Shown here in pieces: positions 16,171 through 35,720 of a DNA stretch of 64,000 nt; the stretch's first letter is position 1, and every line of letters begins with the position of its first letter. The translations under genes and the position numbers were made by a program. The stretch is from the human T2T-CHM13v2.0 reference genome, Homo sapiens. Under the pieces are notes generated by a model. The model was given only the letters and a program-made list of their open reading frames with translations, was not told the DNA's origin and searched no databases. The stretch lies in assembly GCF_009914755.1 (NCBI RefSeq), contig NC_060935.1; one strand, written 5' to 3'.

Positions 16171-16924
16171 GCTCTGCTCTACCTCTGTGATGATTCTGAT
16201 AACTCTACCCAGCTTGCAGTGTATCCCTCCGCCAGGTGGAAGCTCTTTGAGCAAGGGTCTGTGCCTTTCATCTCCATTTCCCCTGCAGTTCCAGAGAACC
16301 TCTCTAGTGGTATTTAGCATGCTCTGTCTCACGTTAAAGGACCTGTTTCATTTTTCCAGATCTCTCCAGGGCCCTGCTCAGAGTCCTGCACAGACTGAGT
16401 TAACAAATATTTAATGAAAGGATCAATTCTTACCCAAACCACTTTTTGTGTGGTGCCTGGATTAATTTCAGTTAATGTTTACTAATCTGCTTTAAAGTAC
16501 CAAATACAGGGCAAAGCCCTCCTGCGCCAGGTGCGTCAAACCACTCCCTCCATCTCATGTCTCCAGGCTCAAGCAGAGAGCCAACCCTGATCTGGTACCT
16601 TCCTGGGCACAGTCCTTTTCAGAGACATCCTAAAATTCTACCATTTCCTAACAACCACCATGGACATTTACATAGCTTTTATGAAGTTTAAGCAAGTGTA
16701 AGCACTTTCAGACATATCTGATCTGCCTAAGCCTCCAGTGCTACAGGTATCATGGTCCCCATTTTACAGTTAAGAAAAGCAAGACCTAGAGACAAGGGAT
16801 TCCCCCTAGTCCACACAGAAAGAATTAAATTCAACTTTTCTTATTTCAGAGCCCTTGACTTTGTACTCCATTAAGCCACTGCTTCCATGAAGCCTTACTC
16901 AAGGCAATGGAGTTTGGCAGGCAA

Positions 16925-17156
16925 CACATTGTAGTGGGGAAGGGTGCCAGCTTGGGGTAAATCAGCCTTTGAGTTTGAGTTCTAGCTCCATCACTCAGTA
17001 ATTGTGTGACCTTCATCAAGTCACTAATTTCCCTGGTCCTGAGTGCTTCATCTGCAAATGGGGTAGTAATACCTACCTCAAAAATTATGAAGATTGAATG
17101 AAAAAAGAAGTGTGTAAATTGTCTCACATATAGTCAAGGCTCATTAAGTGTTAGCC
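16925..17156 (+). mobile_element. MIR
   Basis: tgtgaccttcatcaagtcactaatttccctgg...tcatctgcaaatggggtagtaatacctacctc core. Confidence 0.8.
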
Positions 17157-17180
17157 CCTAATCTGGCCCCACTTTGCTTT

Positions 17181-17265
17181 CACCCGCCTCCAATCCCTGT
17201 GATGATAATCCAAGAGATCGAAACGCTGTGCTCTAAACCAAAGTATTAGCTCAGTCTGTGCATGC
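17181..17265 (-). pseudogene. Candidate EBLG, distal fragment beyond the ERV insertion
   Basis: Joining across the CATGC duplication (17261-17265 / 18753-18757) gives in-frame LETEIVDIDHSMHRLS*YF, collinear with recalled G WQCHRVNVTFMAWNESTYY. Confidence 0.45.
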
Positions 17266-18130
<865 letters not shown>

Positions 18131-18752
18131 TGAGGCAGGAGAATAGGGTCTGGAGGCAGGGATCATAAGGCTGATTCACACTGACTTCCTAGAACTAAAT
18201 CAAAAGGAAAACCCCAACTTTCCACACCTAAGTAACAAAAGGACTGGAGGCTACTCCCTTTGCAAACCACCCCCTGCCGCCCTTTTTCTACATGGTAGAT
18301 GGAAAATTTAAAGTATCTCTAATTGGTTGCAGGTTGCAGAAAGCAACCAATCAGAGGCTTGCATAGGAATGTAACTTTGTAACTTCAGCCTCTGATTGGT
18401 TGCTTTTCACAACCAATCAGACACTTGCATAAGTGTAACCTTTGTAACTTCAGCCTCTGACTGGTTGCTTTCCTAAACCAAACAGACTAATTGCGGGCCA
18501 CTACTTCACTTACATAGCGTGTACACCAAGTAGTAACCAATGGGAAACCTCTAGATGGTATTTAAATCCCAGAAAATTCTGTAATGGGGGTCTTGAGCTC
18601 CTATGCTCCGGCCGCTCCCACCCTGTGGAGTGTACTTTGATTTTCAATAAATCTCTGCTTTTGTTGCTTCATTCTTTCCTTGTTTTGTTTGTGTGTTTTC
18701 TTCAATTCTTTGTTCAAAACACCAAGAACCTGTACACCCTACACCAGTAACA
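18131..18752 (+). mobile_element. ERV1 LTR, MER51-type
   Basis: Starts TGAGGCAGGAGAATAGGGTCTGGAGGCAGGG after a purine tract and ends ...GTAACA. Repeated CCAAT/ATTGG units, TATTTAAA near 18559, AATAAA near 18646. Confidence 0.88.
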
Positions 18753-19440
18753 CATGCTATGGTCAATATCTACAATTTCTGTCTCCAAGTATGCAAGCAC
18801 TACTTTGAACCGCATACACTAACAACTTGGTGTTCTGGGTCATTAGTTGCAAATCGACAGGTTCTGTTTTAGTCACAAAATCAAGTTTCATCACCGCGAT
18901 GCTCTGGAGAGGAAAATGTGGGTTTGGGATATTGTAGATACTACCTATCAACAAGCTATGCGTTATTTGGAAATTCTTGGCCACGTTTGGCCCAAACTCT
19001 GCTGCCTGTTTTGCAATGTGTGGTTTGGCCTGGTACTACCATTCACTTCAATTCGTAAGCTTCGTGTAATAATATTCAGCACCTCCTTGGTTTCCAACAT
19101 ACTCAGGTTACCTACAATGATCCCAACTTGTGTTTGTGTCACCTGTTGGTGTGCATACACAAAACGTCGAGTTCTATTGGAACAAATTGTAAAGCAAAGT
19201 GCAAGATCATAAGAGTTTGTCTTTATATGTTAGACTCATATGTAGCCAAATTTATGTGGCACAATCAATTTGGAAATAATGCTTTCAATTCCCTTTTGCT
19301 GTATATATCAGAAGAACAATTTACAATTTCCTGTTAACTAGTATCATGTTTTGACTTAGGGTTTTAGCATGTTTTATTACAAACATCCAGAGACAAGTTT
19401 TTCAGCTGAGTCCCATTGGACAGACAAATTGTTCAGTTGA
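18753..19440 (-). pseudogene. Candidate endogenous bornavirus-like glycoprotein element (EBLG), main fragment
   Basis: Non-repeat sequence whose minus-strand translation gives collinear motifs resembling bornavirus G: LSNGTQL, VCNKT, NCSSDIYSKRELKALF, CSNRTRR, SLGQTW, ITHSLLIG, LLVYAVQ. Many N-x-S/T sequons; several stops and frameshifts. Aligned by eye against the recalled BoDV-1 G sequence. Confidence 0.6.
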
Positions 19441-20420
<980 letters not shown>

Positions 20421-21090
20421 ATGGTCAATTTGTATTGAGTTTTTGCTATATTCCAAGGCATTGCCCTAAGTGCCTTAAACTCAGTATCTCATTTACTTCT
20501 AATAGCACCGTTGTGAGATTGATGTAGGTATTAGCCTAGTTTTTCAGGTGAAGGAGCCAAGGCATACACAGTATAAGAAAATAACACAAATTTACAGAAA
20601 TAATAAGAGGCATTGCTGGCTTCAAATCTGAGATCTGTCAGCGTGTTTGGACTTGATCCCATGGGCAATAGAGAATCACCAAAGATTGATTGATTGATTG
20701 ATTGATTGATTGCTTCACCTATCTGACATCAAAGTCTGTGTACCCTATAACTAGTAATCATTCTTTTAAGTGGATGACACCATTCTACCTCATTCACATA
20801 TGCAGCAACAGGGCCTGAGAGGTGGGCAGGAACCGGGTCACAAAGAGCCTTATCCGTCATGTAAAGGAGTTTGAACTTTATCCTACAGGTAGTGGAAAGA
20901 GAAAGGATTTGGAGTTACACAGATGGCTCACTCTGCACCTTGCCCTGTGCTAGGCACTAGGGACACACTGAGAGCCAAGACACTTTCCTTGCCCTGAGGC
21001 TGCCTGGAGTCTGCCTCAGTTTCTCAAGATGTGGTTCCTGCCTCACAACGACCCAAGCTTGCAGATCCAGGGCCCCAGAGATTCTGATTC

Positions 21091-21399
21091 TTTTTTTTTT
21101 TTTTTTTTTTTTTGAGATGGAGTTTTTGCTCTTGTTGCCCAGGCTGGAGTGCAATGATGCAATCTCAGCTCACTGCAACCTCCACCTCCTGGGTTCAAGC
21201 GATTCTTCTGCCTCAGCCTCCTAAGTAGCTGGGATTACAGGTGCACACCACCACACTCAGCTAATTTTTTGTATTTAATAGAGACAGGTTTTCACCATGT
21301 TGATATCAGGCTGGTCTCGAACTCCTGACCTCAAGTTATCCACCCACCTCGGCCTCCCGAAGTGCTGGGATTACAGGTGTGAACCACTGTGCCTAGCCA
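21091..21399 (-). mobile_element. AluS with TSD agattctgattcttt
   Basis: Full dimer with TSD. Confidence 0.9.
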
Positions 21400-22053
21400 A
21401 GATTCTGATTCTTTAGGTCTCAGCTGAAACATAACAAGCAGCGATTGTGATATTCTCTTAAGTTTGAGAGCCATGGATCTTGCTGGTGGGGAAGACAAGT
21501 AGACAGACGATTACAATACAGAGAGATGTTATGATCAAGAAGAATTTCTGGAGGAAGTCCGGTTTGAGCTGAGACTTGAATGATTAAACAACAGTTAGCC
21601 AAAGTGGCAGAAAGGGAAGGGGAGATTCAAGCTGAAGGGAATATGTTCACAAATGTCCAGGACTGAGAGAAGGGGTTCTTTTAGGGAAGAGAAAGTATTT
21701 TAGGAATGCAACAACAAGATTTGAGAGATGGACAGGAACTAGGTCACCAAGAGCCTTGCTGGTCATATCAGGGAGTCTGGACTTTATCCCATAGGCTGTG
21801 GAAAATCACTGAAAGTTATTTTGTTGTTTGGAAGAAGACATTGATAGAGCCCTCTGGCAGCCACAGTGTAAAGAATAAATAGGTTGTGGGATTGGAGCAC
21901 GGCTAAGACTTTCTTCAGGGCTATCAGGGCACAGGCAATGATGACTTGGACAGAGATAATGGTAGTAAGGGAGAGAGGAAAATGGACAGAGAGAAGAATT
22001 CATAGGGTATGATCACTGGATAAAGCTGCATGGAGATAGGGAGGTGTCAAGAC

Positions 22054-23726
<1,673 letters not shown>

Positions 23727-25457
23727 TAGACAAGAAGCAGCCATCTTGTGACCATGAGGCTGAAGACCATACCCTAAGGGGGCAGAGCAAGAAGAAGGAT
23801 TCTGGCACTGTGGAGCTGTGGCAGGGCCCTGGACTGTCTACTGCCTGAGAAAAACAAACCCTTCTTTGGTTAAGGCACTGGAACTAATTTTCTGTCGCCT
23901 GCAGCAAAACATGATCCTAACTGATTGAAGAGCCGAAGCTGTGGAAACTGATCTGGGTTAGAGATAGAGATTTGGGTCAGCCTCTAGACGGTAACAGTGC
24001 TAGGGTAGATACAAGAAAACCAGACATCCACCTATGCACAGATAGAAATTATGAGTTAAAGAAAAGAGAGGGCTTGGCTTATAGGCAATGCGGAAAGGAA
24101 GGAATTCCTGTTCACAGGGCAAGCATCTTTAGGGTACTTTAAAAATTGTTGATGTTTCCATAACCTCATTCAAAACAAAACAATCAAATTAGAGCTATTC
24201 AATTAATACTCAACTTCATCAAATTTATTTTGTAACAGCTTTCCAGGTGGAAACAGGCTGTTGACTCTGTTCGTGTGTGTGGTGACTTACCTCCCAGGGT
24301 GTGGCGTATTTTGGGCTCAGGAGCTCACTTGGTAAACTTCAGCTCTTCTCTATCTTCCACCAAGCAAGGAACTCTGAAGTTCTCTCCTGGAAATTTGGGA
24401 CAAGGACTGTCCAGGACCTATGTTGCAGTTTAATCTGACTGTCCTATCCTTTGCCAAGATTATTTGCCACAGCCTTCTAACTGATTTTCCTGATCCCTCG
24501 CCTCCTCCTTACCCTGCCCTACTACAAAAAATCCCCACATCAAAAACTTATTTCTTCTAACACGTGGATTTAAACATGTTATTCCCTTTCTTGAACACTA
24601 AGATAAACCCTAAATGCGTTATCACAGCATATTGGGCCCCACCCTTTGCATCTCTAGTCTCTGATATTTGTCCTCACTCCTCCCTCATGTCTGCACACAA
24701 GTTCAGCCACTCCGAATGTCTCATTCTGCCTGTTTTTCTCTTGCCCTTTCAAGCCCTTACAGTCTGTTTCTTGCCCAGAAATGCTTTCTCTGCCTTCTGC
24801 TCTGACCAACCACCCACAACAATCTACTACAGCCAGATTAATTTTCTGGTTTTCCTAGCAGCTAGGAATGGCTGGAAACCTACCACTTTCTTCTCCTTCA
24901 ACCCTTCCCCACAGGTCTGTCTCCAATTCCTGTTGATTCTACCCTCTAAACATCGGTGAATTTGTCCTCTCCTCTCCATCACTATTGCTACTCACCCTAT
25001 CACTGCAATAGTCTCTTCTGCAGGCTCCATGTCTTCAGTCTTTCCCAATTCAGTCAATCTGTCCTCCCTTCTGCATACATACCCATATCAAGATCTTACT
25101 TAAAACCCTGTAGGCCCTTGATGGCATTGTCCCTGCAGACCTCATAAGCCTCATTGCCTACACTTCAGCTAAAAAGTAAAACCAAACACAGTGCTGGCCT
25201 CTAAGGAGACCTCTAGTTCTCTCTGTCCAGCACAGCCCTTTCTTCCAAGCTCACACAGCCAGCTTGGCACAGCAGAGAAGAACATGGCCTCTGGCACCAG
25301 ATTGCCTGGATTCCAGCCTAGGCTCAGCTGCTTATGATCTGGCTGCCATTGGGTGAAATACCTAACCTCACTGTGTCAGTTTCATCATCTGTAAACAAGG
25401 GCTAAAAGTAGTACTTAATTCACAGGATTGTTAGAAAGATTTTAAAAGGTAATCCCG

Positions 25458-27925
25458 GGCCGGGCGCAGTGTCTCACGCCTATAATCCCAGCATTTTGGG
25501 AGGTCGAGGCGAGTGGATCACCTGAGTTCAGGAGTTCCAGACCAAACTGTCCAATATGGCAAAACCTCATCTCTACTAAAAATACAAAACTTTGCCGGGC
25601 ATGGTGGTGCACGCCTATAATCCCAGCTATTTGGGAGGCTGAGGCAGAAGAATTGCTTGAACCCGGAGACAGAGGTTGCAGTGAGCCAAGATCACACCAT
25701 TGCACTCCAGCCTGGGCAACAGAGTGAGACTCAGTCTCAAGAAAACCCCATTTTGACCTTGGAGATTTGTCTGTTTTTCCTCTTCTAGTGCCCAGAATAG
25801 TGCCTGACACACAGCTGGGATTCCTTAAATATTTATTAGAAAGTGAATTTACTAACTTGCTTTGTGTGTTTTGTCATATTTCATTTATTACCAGGTCAAA
25901 ATTGGGAATACTCTGTATTCCCAACACTAAGCTTGCTTGATAATAGATGTTCAATTCATTTTGCAGATTCCCATGTAAACTGGCTTTTACTTATTCAAGT
26001 TTTGCAAAGATGTAATGTAACTAGAGGAGACTCCAATCAGGAGAAAATGGGAGAGAACATAGGGGCACTGGCAGGAGACATGGCAGGTGGCCTGCGGCCG
26101 AGGTATAGAAGGTAATAGAAGAGGTCTGCAAGGGGAAATCCTGGGAGACAAGGGGCCCAGGAAGTCTAGCTTGCTCAAGGAGCTTGAAATTGACTTTTGT
26201 TCTGTGTAATCCAAGTTTCTTCTGAGTTTAGAAAATAAGTCTTATGAGAGAATCAGGCCTTATGAGAAAATCAGGCCCTAGCACTAACGCTGCCTGGAGA
26301 GTGGGGCTTGGGGTCCAGCTGCTGGGGTCTAATGCCTTCCTGAGATCATCAGGATGGCATCAGAGTAGAGCCTCAAAGTCTGGAATTGGGAGTGATGGTT
26401 AGTCTAATAATGTTTCTGGAAGCATAAGCATCAGCAGGTACATACAACATTTATTTTTCAATACTTATCACGCATTTTAAGTAAAAACAGAAAGCTCCAA
26501 AATGATTTGTATTTTATAACTATTTTAATAAAACATGTATATGTATGAAAAATATCTGGCTAGTTATACACCAAAATATTATCAGTGTTTACTAAATGAT
26601 GAAATTCCAGGTGATTCTTGATTCCTTTTTCTTTCTTTCTTTTTTCTTTTTGAGATGGAGTCTTGCTCTGTTGCCCAGGCTGGAGTGCAGTGGTGCGATC
26701 TCGGTTCACTGAAACCTCCACCTCCCGGGTTCAAGTGATCCTCTGCCTCAGCCTCCCGAGTAGCTGGGATTACAGGAGCCCACCACCACGCCTGGCTAAT
26801 TTTTGTATTTTTAGTAGAGATGGGGTTTCACCATGTTTGCCAGGCTGGTCTTGAACTCCTGACCTCAGATGGTCCACCCGCCTCGGCCTCCCGAAGTGCT
26901 GAGATTACAAGCATGAGCCACTGCTCTTTGAAAGAGCTGCTTCCTCTTTCTCTCTTTCTTTCTTTCTTTCTCTTTTTCTCTCTCTCTCTCTTTTTCTTTC
27001 TCTCTTTCTTTCTTTTTGACAGGATCTTGCTCTTGCTCTGTTGCCCAGGCTGGAGTGCAGTCGTGTGATTATAGCTCATTGCAGCCTCGAACACCCAGTC
27101 TCAAGATGTCCTCCCACCTCATTCTCTCAAGTAGCTAGAAGTATAAGCCTGTGCCACCACACCTGACTGATTTTTAATTGTTTTGTAGAGGTGGGGTTTT
27201 ACTATGTTGCCCAGGCTGATTTTGAACTCCTGGCCTCAAGCAATTGTCTCACCTTTGCCTCCCAAAGCACAGAGATTACAGGAATCAGCCACTGTGCCCA
27301 GCCTCAGGTGATTCTTTATATATTTTTTCATTGTGGATTTTTTTTTGAATAAATATATTTTCAGTGTGAAATATAATTTAATTGTGAAAATGTAAATTGG
27401 TACAACCTTTGCATTATCTACTAATTTGAAAATGTGCAAACGTTCATTCATAGGTAACATGCTAAAGGTAATATGCTTGTACGTGTGTCAGAAGGTATGT
27501 AAAAATAAACATCAGGATAGCAGTGGTTATAATAGCAAAGGTGAAAAACAACTTCATATTCATCTTAGGAGAATTGATAAATACATTGTGGTATTGTGAT
27601 ACGAAAGAAGGCCATAAAAGAGTAAAACTTGACCAAGCGTAGTGGTTCACACCTGTAATCCCAACACTCTGGAGGCTGAGGTGGATCACTTGAGGCCAGA
27701 AGTTTGAGACCACCCTGGGCAACATAGCCAGACCCTGTCTCTACAAAAAAATTAAAAAATAAAAACTAGTGAGGCACGATGATGCGCCTGTAGTCCTAGC
27801 TACTCAGGAGACTGAGGCGAGAGGATCCCTTGCGCCAGGAGTTCAAGGTTACAGTGAGTTATAATGTGCCACTGCACTATAGCCTGGGGGACAGAGCGAG
27901 ACCCCATCTCTAAAAGAATAAAAAT
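25458..27925. mobile_element. Alus: 25458-25745 (+), 26625-26925 (-), 26940-27303 (-), 27631-27925 (+)
   Basis: Alu consensus. Confidence 0.88.
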
Positions 27926-28330
27926 AAGAGTAAAAATAAATAAACTAAAGCCTTATGCAACAACGTGGATGAATCTTAAAAGTATAGTATTTTGATAAAA
28001 AAAGAGCAAGTCTCCAAATAATACATTCCATGCGAGTCTACTTATATCAAGCTCAAAAACATGCAAAATATATGTTCAGGGATATATTTATATAATAAAA
28101 TATACAGAAAAGTAAAGGAATGATAAAAACAAAATTCAGGAGGGTGGTTGCTTATGGAGAAAGGAAAGTGATGAGACTGAAGAAGGATACACAGGGGTTC
28201 AAGTAATTGGCTACGGTCCATCTCTTAAACTGGTTGATGGCTATGTCAAGATTCATTTCATTATTTTTCTGAATAACTTACATAAGTTATAGATATTATT
28301 TTAGTATATTATATATTCATAATAAAATTA
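27380..28330 (+). mobile_element. L1ME 3' end fragment
   Basis: gataaatacattgtggtat...caacgtggatgaatctt...aaattcaggagggtggttgc motifs. Confidence 0.7.
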
Positions 28331-29579
28331 TTTTTTCCATCTGTATTTTTAAATTTTCCATAAAGAACATATATTACTGGTTATATTAAACAGAGAAAGT
28401 AAATAATAAATGTAATAACATTTTAAAAATTCGTATTCTCTTGTGCCTTTTCTTATCCTTGCCTTTTTATATATATGTATATAAATATATACACATTCAC
28501 TGTGTGTTTATTGACAATGTAATCTGCAGCAAGTTGTGTGTTAGGCATACAGTGGTGACATATGATTTCTATCCTAATGGCACTTACCCTCATGAGTGCT
28601 CTCTAGATCCCTGTAAAATCCTCTGAGTAGGCTTCATTATCAAGATTTCACAAATCCATTAGCAATTTTTCTTAATGTAGCTATTAAGCACCTGTGCTCT
28701 AACGCCAGCCTGCTAGATTCAAATCCTTGCTCTGCTATGAACTAGTTGTATATATTTGGGCAAGTAACTTAACCTGTTTGTACTTTAATGTCCCTAACTG
28801 TGAAATGAGAAAAGGAACAGTGTCTACCTCATAGGATTGCTGTAAGATTTTACTGAGTTTATATATTTATACATAAAACTCAGAACAGGGTCTAGCCCAT
28901 GGTAAATGTTCGATAAACACTATTGTTATATTGTTCTATAAGTATCTCCTGAGAGCCAGTCCTGTGTCAGGTCCAGATGAAGATACAGAGATAGAGTGGG
29001 ACAGGGTCTGGAAGGCCAACTCCCAAACAGCCTATTACCAAAAGCGAGAGGAGTATGGCAGAGGGAAACCAAGGATCTGCAGGAGAACACAGGAGGCTCT
29101 TCAACCCTGTCTGGGGGTCAGGGGAGCCTTCCCAGAAAGGCTAGGGTTCTGTCCCCAGGTTGAGGTCTGTTGTCTTTTGGTGACACTCCATGTCTCCCAC
29201 AGAGAGATAGCTAGGCAGTGTTAAGGGGCTGCCATGAATGCACTGAGCTGTAAAAGAGGACAAGAGGTAACTTGTAGATCTTAAGATCACTTATTCTGTG
29301 GTGAGCCTACACATTTGGTTTTTGTGGTTTCAAATTTTCCTTTGCAGTTGTGAAATGGTACAACATATCTCATATGGAAAAATTAATTATAGCTTGGATT
29401 TCTTTTGTCATATTGAAAACTGATAAAAAGAATTTTCAGTAGGAATCTAGTTGAAAGCTTTCAAGTCGAAAATAAATATTGGCATTGGAAATAACCTAAA
29501 TACCCAGTAGTAAGGGAATAGTAATATATCATAATTAAGTAAATTGTGATTTATTTATAAAATTGGATATGATGTAACT

Positions 29580-32310
<2,731 letters not shown>

Positions 32311-32998
32311 GGCATTGCTTTTATGCTCAAGGGGGGAAATTTTTTAGAAAAAAAGAAAAAGGAAGGTAGATATTGCTGAAGGAACTGTGAAATTCATTTT
32401 GTGTTTTCTGAGTGAAACTTCTGCAATGCACCTTTTCTCTTGGATGGGGGAATTTCTCTCTCCTAAAATCCGTCCTGGTCACGGTAGATTTCCTTTTTCA
32501 CTATTGAGGAACATTGTGCAGAGTATTGACTCAGCCAAGGCCTCATCCTGCCTTGAGTCATTTGGCTGGGTCAGGGGTTATTTTCACATAGGGGGTTCCA
32601 CAACACCCTAATTTTTTTTTTACTCCTAGCTAAGAATGATCATACTCTATTGTTGTGGTCTCTGCACTGTTCTGATTGCACACCTCATCGGCAAATCACT
32701 TTTGCGTATGAGTTTTTGCATATTCATTTTGAGCATATAAATATATAAATATTTCATTCATTTATAAATTATATATGCTCATGATTATTACATAAACACA
32801 TAAACAAAACGGAAGTTTTAGAATATGAGATAAAATGACTAGAAATAGATGTTTCCCCACACCTCAATGGCTTTTATCTCTCTGGAGACGGCCTTCTTGG
32901 ATCTTTCATGTTTACCTCTGTGTGGTCCTAGCACCCAGGCAGCCAAACAGGGCCTGGTATATAGTAGAAGCTCAATGACATTCAAAATAAAAATTTCA

Positions 32999-33684
<686 letters not shown>

Positions 33685-34182
33685 CTATTTCCTGCTAATT
33701 GGCTATGGTTATTTTGTAGAAAGGCTGTGGGCTCTTCATCTCTCCTTGTCCTCTCTTACCTTTGACTTGCACCACATCTGACTTATTTATTTAGAAAATA
33801 GCAGTTGTATCATCCTTCATTTTTACTCTTCATTTCTTACTGTGTATTCAGGCAGAGTCCTAATACTAAGACCATAAAGAATGGAAAGCAAGGTCTCTGA
33901 TCAGGATGTAGCACAGTAGGATGTGAACAAAGGGCAAGGAAGCTCTAGGGTGTAAACATCTGGGATGGCTTCAGGGAGCTGGATTTTAAAAGAAGAGTGG
34001 GGAGTTGGTCAAACGGAGAAGAGAGTTAGGCTGTCCCAGTTGAACTGTGGGAGCAAAGGCAGGTGACCCAGCGCATTCTAGGAGAGGGGAAAGTTTGAGT
34101 TTGGTGTAGCTGAACACTAGGGGCAAGGGTGGTTGCATCTGTTTTAGGAAGAGCTCTCTGGCAGACCTGTGGAGTACTAGAC

Positions 34183-34185
34183 TTT

Positions 34186-34220
<35 letters not shown>

Positions 34221-34403
34221 TAGACAGGGTCTCGCTCTGTTCTCCCAGGCTGGATTGGCACAGTCTCAGCTCACTGCATGCAATCTCCACCGCGGGGGCT
34301 CAAGTGATCCTCCCACCTCAGCTTCTCAAGTAGCTGGGACCACACGTCTGAGCCACCGCGCCCAGCTAATTTTTGTATTTTTCGTAGACACGGGGTTTTG
34401 CCG
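34183..34403 (-). mobile_element. 5'-truncated AluJ with complex junction, TSD ggagta(c/t)tagactttt
   Basis: Right arm plus linker only; (TTTA)n tail; TSD at 34171 and 34430. Confidence 0.85.
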
Positions 34404-34899
34404 TCTACGATACTCCCAGACGGGGGCTGGGAGTATTAGACTTTTGAAGTTGGAAGTAGGGGTAGGCTGTTGGTTGCCTGAAGAGCAGGGCACAATTATA
34501 GTTAGAACGTGGAAACCTCTGTGCTTGGAGGCCCAAACGAAGCAGGGAAACTTTGCTTTAGTGCTCTAGCTAGCAGCATTCTTTTTTTTTTAGGATCTCA
34601 GAACCTACTTTTTTTTTTTCGGTCCTGGGTTGTTCACCCTTTCCCTTTGTACCGAAGAGACACTTACACCTTTATCAGAAAATCACGGTTTATTTCCTGA
34701 GAATCACGGGGATTGGTTGGGGGTACTCTGTTTTGGGGCTCCATTTGAGGCCTGTGGCTCAATGGAAGACATAGAGGCGCTTCGCCGCACAGGTTTAATC
34801 AAGCAAGGGCTTGATAGAAGTATTCATCCCACCCCCGCCCCGATTAAATCAAACCACACGCACACAAATAGAGGCTCTGGCACATCCTGACAGAATATA

Positions 34900-35720
34900 G
34901 CCTCTGGGATGTCAGGAACCCCCAACCTACGGCCATTGGCGTGTCTGCACCGGCCAGGAAGCCCAGGCCCCCGGCTCCTTCCTGGATCACGCCCCTGCCC
35001 CGCCCAAGGGTGAAGAGGGGCGGGGCCAGCCGGCGCCCTCCGAGTGGGCCTTACACCAGGTCGGGCCTGGCCGGGCCCCGCGGCCCAGCGGCGCCGGTGG
35101 GCGGGGCCTCCGTCAGGGCAGTGTCAGTAACGGCGCCAGGCCCCGCCCCTCGGGGAGGCAGGGCCGGGCGGGGCGCGAGCGAGCGCGCGGGCTGGGCCGG
35201 AGCCGGCCTGGTCGCCAGCCTAACCCGGCACAGTGAGCGGAGCGCCTGGGCGGCGGCGGCGGCGGCGTGATGGCTCCGGCCGCGGACCGAGAGGGCTACT
35301 GGGGCCCCACGACCTCCACGCTGGACTGGTGCGAGGAGAACTACTCCGTGACCTGGTACATCGCCGAGTTCTGTGAGTGTGGCCTGAGGAGGGGAGTGGG
35401 GGCGAGAGGGCACCGGGCTGAGGAGACGCCGTGTGAGGAAGGCAAAGAGCGAACCTGGCCGCGAAGGGAGGTGCCAGGCCTGGCCCCGGGAGCTGGAATG
35501 CGGCGCCCTGGGCCAGCGGGAGGCTGAGAGGAGCGGGCCGGGAGTCCAGTGTGTAGAGGGAGGAGTACCGGGGTCTGGGAGGGAGGAAGGGGGCCTGAGG
35601 ATTGGGGGGGCAGAAGAGCAGTGGGAAGTGGGGAGCCCCTGCTGGACCTAAGGGGGAAAGCCTGAAGAGCCGGGTTGGGAATGGGAATTCCTGCCCGAGA
35701 GCGGAGTGGGGCCAGGCTGG
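34900..35720 (+). promoter_or_regulatory. ACER3: CpG-island, TATA-less promoter and 5'UTR of ACER3 with multiple GC boxes
   Basis: Abrupt GC/CpG enrichment. GGGCGG/CCGCCC boxes near 34998, 35017, 35099, 35140 and 35166; inverted CCAAT (ATTGG) at ~34935; (GGC)6 immediately before the ATG. Confidence 0.9.
35270..35372 (+). CDS. ACER3: Alkaline ceramidase 3, first coding exon ([34 protein letters not shown] + first base of W); intron 1 follows to the end of the window
   Basis: Translation matches the recalled ACER3 N-terminus with the ceramidase DWCEENY...AEF motif. ATG in good Kozak context (gcgtgATGg). Consensus donor T|GTGAGT at 35372/35373; 103 coding nt, phase 1. Confidence 0.97.

Noticed and set aside
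18847-19212. 121-aa plus-strand ORF as a real gene
   Set aside because: Non-ATG start; antisense to the glycoprotein-like strand; no recognisable homology.
18753-19440. Interpretation as the env gene of the adjacent MER51 ERV
   Set aside because: Lies outside the 3' LTR and on the opposite strand. No hydrophobic fusion peptide after RTRR and no ISD/CX6CC motif seen. Motif order fits bornavirus G better, though an unrelated env is not formally excluded.
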